64,000 bases of DNA from Acidimicrobiia bacterium. GTDB lineage: Bacteria > Actinomycetota > Acidimicrobiia > Spongiisociales > UBA5794. The number at the start of each line of letters is the position of its first letter. The stretch's first letter is position 1. Made by a program: the position numbers and the translations under genes. The DNA lies in NCBI GenBank assembly GCA_041393965.1, contig JAWKJB010000002.1:512339-576338 (forward strand). Direction: 5' to 3'. This document shows, piece by piece, positions 48,144 to 58,479 of the stretch. The notes under the pieces were generated by a model, which was given only the letters and a program-made list of their open reading frames with translations, was not told where the DNA came from and ran no database searches.

Positions 48144-49888
48144 TCTCGGCGCCAGACGAGGCGGAAGTCGCGTGTCAGGTGGTCCCGGAGATCCCGTCGT
48201 TCTCCGTCGACGATGGGTTCACCTATTCGGTGCCGCGGGGGATGTCAGTTTCGGTCGGTTCACGCGTGCGGGTGCGGGTTTCGGGTCGTCGTCTGACGGG
48301 ATATGTCACCGCGGTCCTTCCAAGGCCCACCAACCGACGATTGCTTCCCGTCGACAAGGTGTCCGGGAATGCCTCCGTCTTCGATGAGGGCCTTCTCGCG
48401 GTCTGTCGCTGGGCGGCCGTCCACTATGTGGCCCCGCTCGCGACCGTCCTTGCGCGCACAAGCCCGCCGAATGTGCCCCGGCGCTCAAGCCAGCCGGAAA
48501 GGGGGCCGACCCCGGGACCCACCGGGCGGCTGCCGTATCGTGTCAGTCGCGCCCCCCATGTCGAGGCGGTGGAGGCTTCGCTTGGAGAGCTTGGCGAGGG
48601 GCGAAGCCGGATCGTCATCGTCCCGTCATCGGAGGAAGCGATCGTGCTGGCCGAGCAACTCCGGGGCAAGTTCCCGAACGGTGTCGAGGTGGCGACCTCG
48701 GCGATGTCGGATGCAACCGTGACACGGGCGTGGGGCGCAGCAGCACACGACCCGGACACGATCCTCGTTGGTACCCGTGAGGTCGCGTTGTGGCGGGCAG
48801 CTGGTGGCGGGGCATGGGTGATCGTCGAGGACGGGAGGCGGGTGATGAAGTCTCCGTCGACGCCGACGATGCACGCGAGGGATCTGGTCATGGCTCGGCG
48901 GCGACATGTTCGGACACCGGTCGCGATGATCGGGCCCGTTCCGACACTCGAGGCACTCGCGTACGGAGTCGAGATCGTGGCGGATCCCGGTCGGTCGTGG
49001 GGGCCCGTCGAAGTGTTCGACCGTACCCGAGAACCGCCGAGCCCCCACTTCGTGACCGAACACGCCAGGCGGGCGATCCTTGCGGTTCTTCGGAGCGGAC
49101 GGAGGGTGTTCGTGCTCGTTGGCGTCAGGGGGTATGCCCCAGCCTTCCGATGCGTGGCCTGCGGATCGCTCCGACGGTGCTCGGCATGTGGGACCGCAGC
49201 CGCCGACAAGGGCGCATGTCGGCGCTGTGGGAACGAGCTCGGCAGGTGTGCTGGCTGTCGAGGCATCCGGTTCGCCCCTCTCGGGGCGGGTATCGGTGCG
49301 ATCGTCGACGAGATCGCGGGATTCGCAGGGCATGCCGCCGTTGGGACGGCTGAGGATCCTGCGGCGATCCTCGTCGGGACCGAACGCGACCTCATCGGTC
49401 TGGCATCGGTCGGTCTCGGTCTCGTCGTTGATGCCGACGGTATGGTCGGGGCACCTCATTTCCGAGCCGCAGAGGACACGCTTCGCCTCATTGCACGACT
49501 TGCCAATCGGGTGGGTGGTCGTCACGACGCCAGAACCATCGTCCAGACCTCGGATCCCGATCATCTCGTCTTGAGCTCGTTGCGCGAGGGGCGATTCTCG
49601 GCGTTCGTGCGCGCCGAGCAGGCCGCCCGCCGAGCCGCCAGATTTCCGCCGTACGGTGAACTGATTGCGATTGAGGTTGCGAACTCGCCGGAGGCCGATC
49701 AGCGTATCAGAGCAGCGTGCGAGCCGACGGCGACGGTCCGCGGGCCGGCGCACATGCGGGATCGCGAACGCTGGTTGGTTCACGGCAATGACCTCGCCGA
49801 GGCGCGCCTTGCATTGCGCGGTGCCGTCGACGCGCTCCGCGCAAGTGGGGCGAGGGTTCGGATCGACGCCGATCCCATCGACCTGTGA
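48107..49888 (+). CDS. priA: Primosomal protein N' (PriA-like) with degenerate helicase motifs
   Basis: N-terminal 3'-DNA-binding-like region. Four CxxC pairs (CVAC, CSAC, CRRC, CAGC) match the PriA Zn-binding insert. Sits after coaBC as in mycobacteria. No GxGKT or DExH motif is found. The start is uncertain (ATG at 48107, or an in-frame GTG near 48176). Confidence 0.7.
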   Translation: MGRSADTVGRSLISAPDEAEVACQVVPEIPSFSVDDGFTYSVPRGMSVSVGSRVRVRVSGRRLTGYVTAVLPRPTNRRLLPVDKVSGNASVFDEGLLAVCRWAAVHYVAPLATVLARTSPPNVPRRSSQPERGPTPGPTGRLPYRVSRAPHVEAVEASLGELGEGRSRIVIVPSSEEAIVLAEQLRGKFPNGVEVATSAMSDATVTRAWGAAAHDPDTILVGTREVALWRAAGGGAWVIVEDGRRVMKSPSTPTMHARDLVMARRRHVRTPVAMIGPVPTLEALAYGVEIVADPGRSWGPVEVFDRTREPPSPHFVTEHARRAILAVLRSGRRVFVLVGVRGYAPAFRCVACGSLRRCSACGTAAADKGACRRCGNELGRCAGCRGIRFAPLGAGIGAIVDEIAGFAGHAAVGTAEDPAAILVGTERDLIGLASVGLGLVVDADGMVGAPHFRAAEDTLRLIARLANRVGGRHDARTIVQTSDPDHLVLSSLREGRFSAFVRAEQAARRAARFPPYGELIAIEVANSPEADQRIRAACEPTATVRGPAHMRDRERWLVHGNDLAEARLALRGAVDALRASGARVRIDADPIDL

Positions 49889-49948
49889 ACCACGATCGGC
49901 GTGCAAGAGGGCTGCCCTGTTCGTTGCAACATCGGTACCCTGCCCGCC

Positions 49949-50452
49949 ATGGCGATCTACCCGATACGCACCTTTCCCGACCCGGTTCTCGCGATGCAGG
50001 CGTCCGATGTCGGGGTCTTCGATGATGCGCTCGCGAAGCTGGTGGATGACATGTTCGCCACGATGTACGACGCCCCCGGTGTTGGGCTCGCCGCTCCACA
50101 GATCGGCATCTCGAAACGGATCTTCGTCGCCGATGTCGGGGAGAGCCCGTTCGTTATGGTGAATCCCGAGATCGTCGAGCTTCGCGGCACATGGAAATAC
50201 GAGGAGGGTTGCCTGTCGGTGCCCGGCCGCTACTGGCTGATCAAGCGAGCCGACTATGCGAGAGCTGTTGGCATGGACCTCGACGGAAGCCCTGTGAGCT
50301 TCGAGGGTGAGGAACTCATGGGTCGCGTCCTTCAGCACGAGATCGACCACCTGAACGGAACGCTCCTTCTCTCCCATCTGGATCGGCGCACCCGCAACGA
50401 GGTCCTTGCGGAACTGAGGTCCGGTCATTCCAGCACGCGAGAGCCTCTCTGA
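49949..50452 (+). CDS. def: Peptide deformylase
   Basis: GVGLAAPQIG, EGCLS and HEIDH motifs. 167 aa. The track ORF at 49901 is over-extended. Confidence 0.92.
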   Translation: MAIYPIRTFPDPVLAMQASDVGVFDDALAKLVDDMFATMYDAPGVGLAAPQIGISKRIFVADVGESPFVMVNPEIVELRGTWKYEEGCLSVPGRYWLIKRADYARAVGMDLDGSPVSFEGEELMGRVLQHEIDHLNGTLLLSHLDRRTRNEVLAELRSGHSSTREPL

Positions 50453-51369
50453 TGGGGGCGATCTTCCTCGGGACACCGGCCGCGGCTGTTCCGAGCCTGT
50501 GCGCCCTTGCCCAGGTTGCCGACATCGAGCTGGTCGTGACCCAGCCGGACAAGCCCGGGAAGCGTTCGAGGATGGGGATCCCACCACCGGTGAAGACCGC
50601 CGCGCACCAGTTCGGCTTTCCCGTCGCGCAACCCGCCACGAGTGCCGAGCTCGACGCCGTGATTACCCGAAGCATGGCGACCTTCGGCCTCGTGGTGGCC
50701 TACGGCAGGATCCTCACCGAGGGAGTGCTTTCCCGCCTGCCAATGGGTTTCCTCAATGTCCACTTCTCACTGCTTCCTCGATGGCGCGGGGCCGCGCCGG
50801 TCGAGCGCGCGATTGCTGCTGGGGACGAAACGACCGGGGTCACCCTGATGCGTATCGATGAAGGTCTCGACACGGGCCCGGTCCTCGCGGAGCGAGCCAC
50901 CGACATCGCTCCGGACGAAACCGGCGGAACGCTCACGGCTCGGCTCGCTTATCTCGGAGCAAGGCTCGTCGATGACGCCGTTCCGGACTACTTGCGGGGT
51001 CGACGGCTTCCCGTTCCCCAAATCGACACGGGAACAACCCACGCGGCGCGGCTCTCACGGGATGAGGCAAGGCTTGTGAGCTCGACGGGCGTCGTTGAGG
51101 CGGAACGGTCGATCCGTGCCTTCAATCCCCGGCCGGGTGCATGGATCGTCACTGATGCCGGAGAGATCAAGATCCATCGAGCATCGATCACCGACCGTCC
51201 GGCCCACCTCCCGGGATCGATTCGGATGGTCGACGCTGCACCGGTTCTTGCTCTTGCCGACGGTGGGCTCCGACTCGTGAGGGTGCAACCACAAGGGAAG
51301 GAATCGATGGATGGTGCCGACTGGATGCACGGTCGGCGTGTCGACCAGCTCACGGTCATCGATCGCTGA
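50452..51369 (+). CDS. fmt: Methionyl-tRNA formyltransferase
   Basis: TGATG overlap with def. Formyltransferase motifs NVHFSLLPRWRGAAP. 305 aa. Confidence 0.92.
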   Translation: MGAIFLGTPAAAVPSLCALAQVADIELVVTQPDKPGKRSRMGIPPPVKTAAHQFGFPVAQPATSAELDAVITRSMATFGLVVAYGRILTEGVLSRLPMGFLNVHFSLLPRWRGAAPVERAIAAGDETTGVTLMRIDEGLDTGPVLAERATDIAPDETGGTLTARLAYLGARLVDDAVPDYLRGRRLPVPQIDTGTTHAARLSRDEARLVSSTGVVEAERSIRAFNPRPGAWIVTDAGEIKIHRASITDRPAHLPGSIRMVDAAPVLALADGGLRLVRVQPQGKESMDGADWMHGRRVDQLTVIDR

Positions 51370-51376
51370 GGGCGTG

Positions 51377-52102
51377 CTATTCGATCCTGAAACCCGTGAG
51401 ATCGTGCTCAGCCTCAGGGTACGAGAGGTTGAGCGAGCGAAGGGCTTCGATCAGGACGCTCGCCACAACGAGGTTGCGATACCACTTCCGATCGGCGGGC
51501 ACGACGAACCAGGGCGCGGTCTCCGTTGAGGTCTCGTCGAGCACGGCCTGGTAGGCGTCGATGTAGTCGTCCCAGCGATCCCTCGCCACGAGATCGGCCG
51601 GATTGAACTTGTAGTTCTTCGTGGGGTCTTCCAGGCGCGCATTGAGCCGGTCTCGCTGTTCATCCTTGGAGATGTGCAGCATGATCTTGACGATGGTCGT
51701 CCCTTCATCGGTCAAGAGGCGCTCGAAATCCCGGATGTGCCCGTAGCGTCTCGACCATCGATCGGCGGGTACCAGGTTGTTGACCCGTACCACCAGTACA
51801 TCTTCATAGTGACTTCGGTTGAACACCGCGATGCGGCCCCGTGCCGGTACATGCCGGTGGATACGCCACAAGTAGTCGTGGCCCAGTTCCTCTTCGGTTG
51901 GAACTCCGAAACCGGTCACATCGACGCCCTGCGGATTCACCCCGGAAAACACCTTGCGGATCGTGCCGTCCTTGCCACCGGTGTCCATCGCCTGGAGGAC
52001 CACGAGGAGCGCTTGGGAGCCATCGGCCCACAGCACCCGCTGCAACTCGGCGAGCTCGTCGCGAAGGCTCGCGAGGAGGGCGCGTGAACGCTTTTTGGTC
52101 AT
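51377..52102 (-). CDS. Polyphosphate kinase 2 family (polyP:nucleotide phosphotransferase)
   Basis: Walker A MDTGGKDG, then IRKVFSGVNPQGV, and a YLWR motif (HDYLWRIH) belonging to PPK2. The call starts at MTKKRSRALL (242 aa). The N-terminal 115 aa of the track ORF are antisense to rpe and rejected. Confidence 0.82.
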   Translation of the reverse strand: MTKKRSRALLASLRDELAELQRVLWADGSQALLVVLQAMDTGGKDGTIRKVFSGVNPQGVDVTGFGVPTEEELGHDYLWRIHRHVPARGRIAVFNRSHYEDVLVVRVNNLVPADRWSRRYGHIRDFERLLTDEGTTIVKIMLHISKDEQRDRLNARLEDPTKNYKFNPADLVARDRWDDYIDAYQAVLDETSTETAPWFVVPADRKWYRNLVVASVLIEALRSLNLSYPEAEHDLTGFRIE

Positions 52103-52235
52103 GTCGGGGAATGCGCTGGTGTCGCGAGTGTCCACGGCTCGGAGGTCGCAGCGGTCATTGGGTCGTACTCGATACCTCTCCAACGCCGCCTCCGATGCCC
52201 CGATGCGTCCGGATGTTCCCTTACACTCGCACGCG

Positions 52236-52903
52236 ATGAGAAACCCCGTGCGGATGGCTCCGTCCATTCTGGCAGCCGATTTTGCCAACCTCGCCTCCGA
52301 GGTTGCACGGGTGGAGCCGTTTGCCGATCTGCTCCATGTCGATGTGATGGATGGACACTTCGTACCGAACATCTCGCTCGGCCCTCCGGTCGTGTCGTCG
52401 CTGCGAGCCGCGACCACGCTCCACCTCGACTGCCACCTCATGATCACGGATCCGTTGACCTACCTTCCTGCCATGCATGAGGCGGGGGCGGACGGCGTCA
52501 CGGTCCACATCGAGGCCGTCCCGAACCCAAACGAGGCAGCGCGGGTCGCTGCCGACCTTGATGTCGAGTTCGGCCTCGTGTTGAATCCTCCGACCCCGGT
52601 CGAATCCGTCGAACCGTTCCTCGAGCTGTGCTCGATGGTGGTGGTGATGAGCGTGCATCCGGGCTTCGGCGGCCAGGCATTCATCGAGGCCGTCGTGCCC
52701 AAGATTGTCCGGTTGCGAGAAATCATTGATGCTGCGGCGCTTTCTGTCGATATACAGGTCGATGGTGGAATCGACCAACGCACGGCGGCCCTCGCCTCCA
52801 AGGCAGGCGCCGATGTGTTCGTCGCCGGAACATCCGTGTTCGGGGCGTCGGACCCCGCAGCGGCGATCGATTCCATCCGAGTAGCCGCACAGAGTGAGAT
52901 GAG

Positions 52904-52907
<4 letters not shown>
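52236..52907 (+). CDS. rpe: Ribulose-phosphate 3-epimerase
   Basis: PSILAADF...HVDVMDGHFVPN...HIE...MSVHPGFGGQ motifs. The start is ATG at 52236 or 52254. Confidence 0.9.
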
Positions 52908-53830
<923 letters not shown>

Positions 53831-53877
53831 TGGTCTGTCGCGGTCGGGTGGGGCCGCGATCCGGCTACGCTGTGTTG

Positions 53878-54000
53878 CACATACCTCTTTCGGGGCAGGG
53901 TGCAATTCCCGACCGGCGGTAACAGCCCGCGAACCCCCCTGGGGCCGATCCGGTGAGAGTCCGGGGCCGACGGTGACAGTCCGGATGGAAGAAAGGGGAC
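53878..54000 (+). promoter_or_regulatory. FMN riboswitch (RFN element) upstream of ribD
   Basis: Contains the highly conserved RFN blocks ...ctttcggggcagggtgcaattcccgaccggcggtaacagcccgcgaacc...ggtgagagtccgg...gccgacggtgacagtccggatggaagaaagg. Its 3' end overlaps the ribD SD (aaagggga). Confidence 0.85.
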
Positions 54001-54003
54001 GCT

Positions 54004-55059
54004 TTGCGTCGCGCCGTCGACATACCCGATGGACTCGGCGTGGAGGAGCTGATGCGTGCAGCGATCCACGAAGCTCGATCGACCTACCCGCATCCGAATC
54101 CACGGGTCGGAGCCATCATCGTGACACCCGACCACCGGGTGCTGTCGGTGGGGGTCCACGAGGGGCCGGGAACACCTCACGCCGAAGCGGACGCGCTGGA
54201 CCATTTGCCCGAGATCGGCCTCGCTCGAGGCGCGACGGTCATCGTCTCCCTTGAACCGTGCAGCCACCACGGTCGCACCCCGCCATGCGCGGACGCCCTG
54301 ATCGATGCGGGCGTTGCCCGGGTGGTGGTGGGAGCCACCGATCCCGACCCGAGGGTTGCCGGAACGGGGCTTGCGCGTCTCGAGGGGGCCGGGATCGAGG
54401 TCGTGTCGGGTGTGGTCGCTGAGGAGGTCGTCGCTGCCGACCCCGGCTACTTCCATCACCGCAGAACGGGCCTTCCGTTCGTCACGCTCAAGGTGGCAAC
54501 CACCCTCGACGGACAGGTCGCAGCTGTCGACGGGACCTCCCGCTGGATCACCGGAAAGGAAGCGCGTGAAGATGTGCACCGTCTGCGGGCGGAGCACGAC
54601 GCGATCATCACCGGCATGGGGACGGTCATCGCGGACGACCCTGCCCTCACGGTGCGGCTCGAGGGCTACAAGGGACCCCAGCCCGTGCCGGTTGTCCTTG
54701 CCGGGAGGCGACCCCTCCCGAGCGGTGCCGCCATCGGCGACCGTGATCCCCTCGTGTTCCGGGCCGGTAGCGATGGCCGCGTCGACATCGGAGCGATGCT
54801 CGAGGAGCTCGGAGCACGGGGCATCGTGTCGGCCATGGTGGAGGCGGGCCCGACCCTTGCACACTCGTTTCTCGCGGCCGGTGCTGTCGACCGGATCGTC
54901 TGGTATCTCGGAGGAAGACTCGCCGGTGGAGTCGGGCTCCCCGCATTCGATGCCCGCTTCGAGACGATCGGCGATGCCATCGACATCAGCATCCAATCGG
55001 TGGAGAGGGTTGGCGGCGATGTACGGATCATTGCCGACCCGAGACCCGGGGGCCGCTGA
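54004..55059 (+). CDS. ribD: Bifunctional diaminohydroxyphosphoribosylaminopyrimidine deaminase / 5-amino-6-(5-phosphoribosylamino)uracil reductase
   Basis: Deaminase Zn motifs HAEADAL and PCSHHGRTPPC, followed by a reductase domain. The track start is TTG at 54004; an alternative is ATG at 54052. Confidence 0.9.
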   Translation: MRRAVDIPDGLGVEELMRAAIHEARSTYPHPNPRVGAIIVTPDHRVLSVGVHEGPGTPHAEADALDHLPEIGLARGATVIVSLEPCSHHGRTPPCADALIDAGVARVVVGATDPDPRVAGTGLARLEGAGIEVVSGVVAEEVVAADPGYFHHRRTGLPFVTLKVATTLDGQVAAVDGTSRWITGKEAREDVHRLRAEHDAIITGMGTVIADDPALTVRLEGYKGPQPVPVVLAGRRPLPSGAAIGDRDPLVFRAGSDGRVDIGAMLEELGARGIVSAMVEAGPTLAHSFLAAGAVDRIVWYLGGRLAGGVGLPAFDARFETIGDAIDISIQSVERVGGDVRIIADPRPGGR

Positions 55060-55667
55060 TGTTCACGGGAATCATCACCGAGGTCGGTACGGTCACCGCC
55101 ATTGAGCCGACGGATGGGGGTGCACGCCTCGTGATCAGGGCGCCGCACACGGTCGCAGGGGCCGCGGTGGGTGATTCGATCGCCGTCAACGGTGTCTGTC
55201 TCACGGCAACCGAGATCTCACCCATCGGGTTCACCTGCGACGCCATCGGCGAGACGCTCGGTCGCTCGGCACTCGCGGACCTCACCGTCGAAGGTGCTGT
55301 GAACCTGGAACGACCGATGGTCGCGATGGGTCGATTCGATGGCCACATCGTCCAGGGCCATGTCGATGGTGTCGGAACGATCAGCGGAATCGAATCTGAA
55401 GGTGAGGCGCGGAGACTGCGAATCCAGATCCCGCCCGTCATCGCCCCCTACACCGTCGAGAAGGGATCCATCGCCGTCGACGGTGTCAGCCTCACCCTTA
55501 CCGCCGTGTCGGAACCCGGAGAGCCTGATCCATGGATCGAGGTTGCCTTGATCCCGCACACGATGACCAGCACCGTGTTCGGGAAACGGAGCGTCGGGGA
55601 TCGGGTGAACCTCGAAGTGGATATCGTTGCCAAGTATGTCGAGCGACTCCTGGGATACGGCCCATGA
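55059..55667 (+). CDS. ribE: Riboflavin synthase (alpha subunit)
   Basis: MFTGIITEVGTV N-terminus with the duplicated-lumazine-binding-domain pattern. 202 aa. Confidence 0.92.
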   Translation: MFTGIITEVGTVTAIEPTDGGARLVIRAPHTVAGAAVGDSIAVNGVCLTATEISPIGFTCDAIGETLGRSALADLTVEGAVNLERPMVAMGRFDGHIVQGHVDGVGTISGIESEGEARRLRIQIPPVIAPYTVEKGSIAVDGVSLTLTAVSEPGEPDPWIEVALIPHTMTSTVFGKRSVGDRVNLEVDIVAKYVERLLGYGP

Positions 55668-56881
55668 CACTCAGCCCCATCGAGGACGCGATCAAGGCGA
55701 TCGCGAATGGCGAGTTCGTGTTGGTCGTCGACAACGAGGATCGCGAGAACGAAGGCGACCTGATCATCGCGGCAGAGAAGGTCACCGCGGAACACCTCGC
55801 CTTCATGGTCCGATACACCTCGGGGCTGGTGTGTCTCCCAACCGTCGGAGAGATCCTCGATCGTCTCGAGCTCCCGCTGATGGTGCTCGAAAACACCGAC
55901 ATGCACAAGACCGCATTCACGATCTCCATCGACTACACGAAGGGGACGACAACAGGGATATCCGCGGCAGACCGGGCGTCGACGATCCGGGCGGTCGTGG
56001 ATGACGGAACCAAGGCCTCAGACTTCTCGAGGCCGGGCCACATCTTCCCGCTCCGATATCGGGAAGGCGGAGTCCTTGTCCGACCGGGCCACACCGAAGC
56101 CGCTGTCGACCTCGCAAGGCTTGCCGGTTTGAAACCCGCCGGTGCACTGTGCGAGATCGTCAACGATGACGGCACGATGGCGCGAGGTGCGACGCTCGAA
56201 GCGTTCGCGGCTGAGCATCACATCGTCATGATCTCCATCGACGACCTGGTTGCGTATCGGTGGCGAACCGAAGGCATCGTCCGACGCGGCCCTTCGGCAT
56301 CGCTTCCAACCCAACATGGTGTGTTCACGATGATTGGCTATGAGGCTGCCATCGGCCCGACCCAGCATGTTGCGCTCGTCATGGGCGATGTGGCGGACAA
56401 GTCCGATGTCCTCACCCGCGTCCATTCGGTGTGCCTCACCGGAGACGCATTCGGCTCGCTGCGATGCGACTGTGGCGCGCAGCTCACCGAGTCGATGCGC
56501 CGCATCCATGAACGGGGTGAGGGGGTTCTCGTGTACAACACATCGCACGAGGGGAGAGGGATCGGCATCATCAACAAGATCGCTGCATACCACCTCCAGG
56601 AGCAGGGTCTCGATACGGTCGATGCGAATCTGGAGATGGGACATGCAGATGATGCACGCCACTACGGCGTTGATGCGCAGATCATTCACGATCTGGGGAT
56701 TCGCAGCGTGAAGCTGCTCACCAACAACCCTGACAAGATCACGCAACTCACCCGGTTCGGTGTCGAGGTGAGCGGTCGAGACCCTCTCTGGGTCGGCGAA
56801 ACCGACCAGAACCGCGAGTATCTCGCGACGAAGGCTCACCGGATGGGCCATCTCGGTTCGGGGGCGCCCGATGAGGGTTGA
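55664..56881 (+). CDS. ribBA: Bifunctional 3,4-dihydroxy-2-butanone-4-phosphate synthase / GTP cyclohydrolase II
   Basis: ATG at 55664 overlaps the ribE stop. DHBP synthase motifs VVDNEDRENEGD. GCH-II Zn site CLTGDAFGSLRCDCG. 405 aa. Confidence 0.93.
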   Translation: MTLSPIEDAIKAIANGEFVLVVDNEDRENEGDLIIAAEKVTAEHLAFMVRYTSGLVCLPTVGEILDRLELPLMVLENTDMHKTAFTISIDYTKGTTTGISAADRASTIRAVVDDGTKASDFSRPGHIFPLRYREGGVLVRPGHTEAAVDLARLAGLKPAGALCEIVNDDGTMARGATLEAFAAEHHIVMISIDDLVAYRWRTEGIVRRGPSASLPTQHGVFTMIGYEAAIGPTQHVALVMGDVADKSDVLTRVHSVCLTGDAFGSLRCDCGAQLTESMRRIHERGEGVLVYNTSHEGRGIGIINKIAAYHLQEQGLDTVDANLEMGHADDARHYGVDAQIIHDLGIRSVKLLTNNPDKITQLTRFGVEVSGRDPLWVGETDQNREYLATKAHRMGHLGSGAPDEG

Positions 56882-57341
56882 TCCTGGCTCCTCCGATGAG
56901 GTGAGCGCAGCCGGCCTCCGCATCGGCGTCGTGACGAGTACCTTCAACCGTGGCATCACCGATGGTCTCCGGGACGGTGCGATCGCATGGCTCGAGGCAG
57001 CCGATGCCGACGAGATCCTGGTTCTCGATGCGCCGGGAGCATTCGAGCTGCCCGTGATCGCACAGAAACTCGCGGAGGTCGGCTACGACGCCGTCGTGTG
57101 CCTCGGAGCGGTCGTGGAAGGCGAGACCGATCACTACCACCATGTCGCAAGCCGGACCGCGGAAGGCCTCATGAGGGTGCAGCTCGATACGGGCATTCCC
57201 GTCGCGTTCGGAGTCCTCACCGTGCGACACATTGAACACGCCGAGCTGCGATCCAAGCCCGGGGTTCACAACAAGGGCCGTGAGGCGGCCATCGCGGCGG
57301 TCACCACGGCGAATACCCTGCGCGCGATCCCATCGGGTTGA
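56871..57341 (+). CDS. ribH: 6,7-dimethyl-8-ribityllumazine synthase
   Basis: RIGVVTSTFNRGITDGL. 156 aa. Confidence 0.92.
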   Translation: MRVDPGSSDEVSAAGLRIGVVTSTFNRGITDGLRDGAIAWLEAADADEILVLDAPGAFELPVIAQKLAEVGYDAVVCLGAVVEGETDHYHHVASRTAEGLMRVQLDTGIPVAFGVLTVRHIEHAELRSKPGVHNKGREAAIAAVTTANTLRAIPSG

Positions 57342-57619
57342 GACCCGAACAGGCGGCCGCCACCCACCACTATGTGTTCGCAGGGTGTCGCCCCGAGGAA
57401 CGACGGTGACGCTGTGGCGATACGCGCTCCCAATTCGAGCAACAGACCGCTAGTCTCACCGTGACAGAAAGAGCAAGAGGAGGCGCCTGCTTCCCACCTG
57501 CTCACCGACGCAGGCGATGCGGCACAAGGTGCAGTAGGTCCGGACTTCCTGGCAGCGTGACACGCTGTCGCTGGTTCCGTGGGCGCCCCGCTCGGCCCCG
57601 GGACACAGGAGGTACCCCC

Positions 57620-58273
57620 ATCGTCGAACCACGCGTCAACGAACGCATACGCGTCAAACGCGTCCGATTGATCGCCCCAGACGGGGGCCAGATCGGCGAG
57701 AAGGACATTGACGAGGCTCGCTGGCTCGCAGCGCAACTCGGACTCGATCTCGTCGAAGTGGCACCCGATGCCAGACCCCCAGTGGTGCGGCTGATGGACT
57801 ACGGGAAGTACAAGTACGACCAGTCCGTGAAGGCGAGGGAAGCCAGAAAGAACCAGACGCGTACCGTGGTCAAAGAGGTTCAGTTCAGACCCAAGATCGG
57901 TGCGAGCGACTTCGAGGTGAAGAGAAAGCGAGTCGTCAAGTTTCTCCAGCAAGGGGACAAGGTCAAGTGCACGATGCGCTTCCGAGGTCGTGAAGTCGCC
58001 CATCCCGAGCTCGGGAAGGACATCCTCGACCGGCTCTATCAACAGGTCGAGGACTATGCCGAAATCGAGACCATGCCGCGGCTCGACGGTCGCAACATGA
58101 CCATGGTTCTCGTACCTGCCGCGGACATGCCGGCGGGCCCCCCTCCGGAGGATCTCGACGACGACCACCACGACGATGACCACGACGATGTGGAGCAGGA
58201 CTCCGATGCCGAGCTCGCCGACGAAGGGCTCACGCCCGGCGCTGCGGCGACGGTCGAGATTGGAGAGGAATAG
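57620..58273 (+). CDS. infC: Translation initiation factor IF-3 (probable non-AUG AUC start; His/Asp-rich C-terminal tail)
   Basis: [26 protein letters not shown] aligns with IF-3 N-termini (Mycobacterium [13 protein letters not shown]...). AGGAGG lies 6 nt upstream of ATC at 57620. There is no in-frame ATG or GTG near the conserved N-terminus. Conserved core MDYGKYKY...RFRGRE. Confidence 0.85.
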   Translation: MVEPRVNERIRVKRVRLIAPDGGQIGEKDIDEARWLAAQLGLDLVEVAPDARPPVVRLMDYGKYKYDQSVKAREARKNQTRTVVKEVQFRPKIGASDFEVKRKRVVKFLQQGDKVKCTMRFRGREVAHPELGKDILDRLYQQVEDYAEIETMPRLDGRNMTMVLVPAADMPAGPPPEDLDDDHHDDDHDDVEQDSDAELADEGLTPGAAATVEIGEE

Positions 58274-58276
58274 CAG

Positions 58277-58471
58277 ATGCCGAAGATGAAGACCCACAAG
58301 GGAGCCGCGAAGCGCTTCAAGCGCACCGGAAGCGGCAAGATCAAGTTCCAGAAGGCCTGGCACGGCCACAACCGGAACAAGAAGAGTGCCACCCGATGGC
58401 GTCGCGCCGACGGCACCGGGATTCTCAGCGGTGGCGACGCCAAGCGAATCGACCGCATGCTCGGCAACTAG
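58277..58471 (+). CDS. rpmI: 50S ribosomal protein L35
   Basis: [21 protein letters not shown]. 64 aa. Confidence 0.95.
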   Translation: MPKMKTHKGAAKRFKRTGSGKIKFQKAWHGHNRNKKSATRWRRADGTGILSGGDAKRIDRMLGN

Positions 58472-58479
58472 GAGGCATC

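Noticed and set aside
48626-50587. 653-aa minus-strand ORF opposite priA, def and fmt
   Set aside because: It is an antisense artefact that spans three validated genes.
52103-52447. N-terminal 115 codons of the PPK2 track ORF
   Set aside because: They are antisense to the rpe start and promoter region. The PPK2 homology begins at MTKKRSRALL (52102).
57461-57619. In-frame GTG start that would give IF-3 a 53-aa N-terminal extension
   Set aside because: It has no SD and the extension is Arg/Cys-rich junk-like. The consensus AGGAGG sits immediately before the ATC at 57620, where the conserved IF-3 N-terminus begins.
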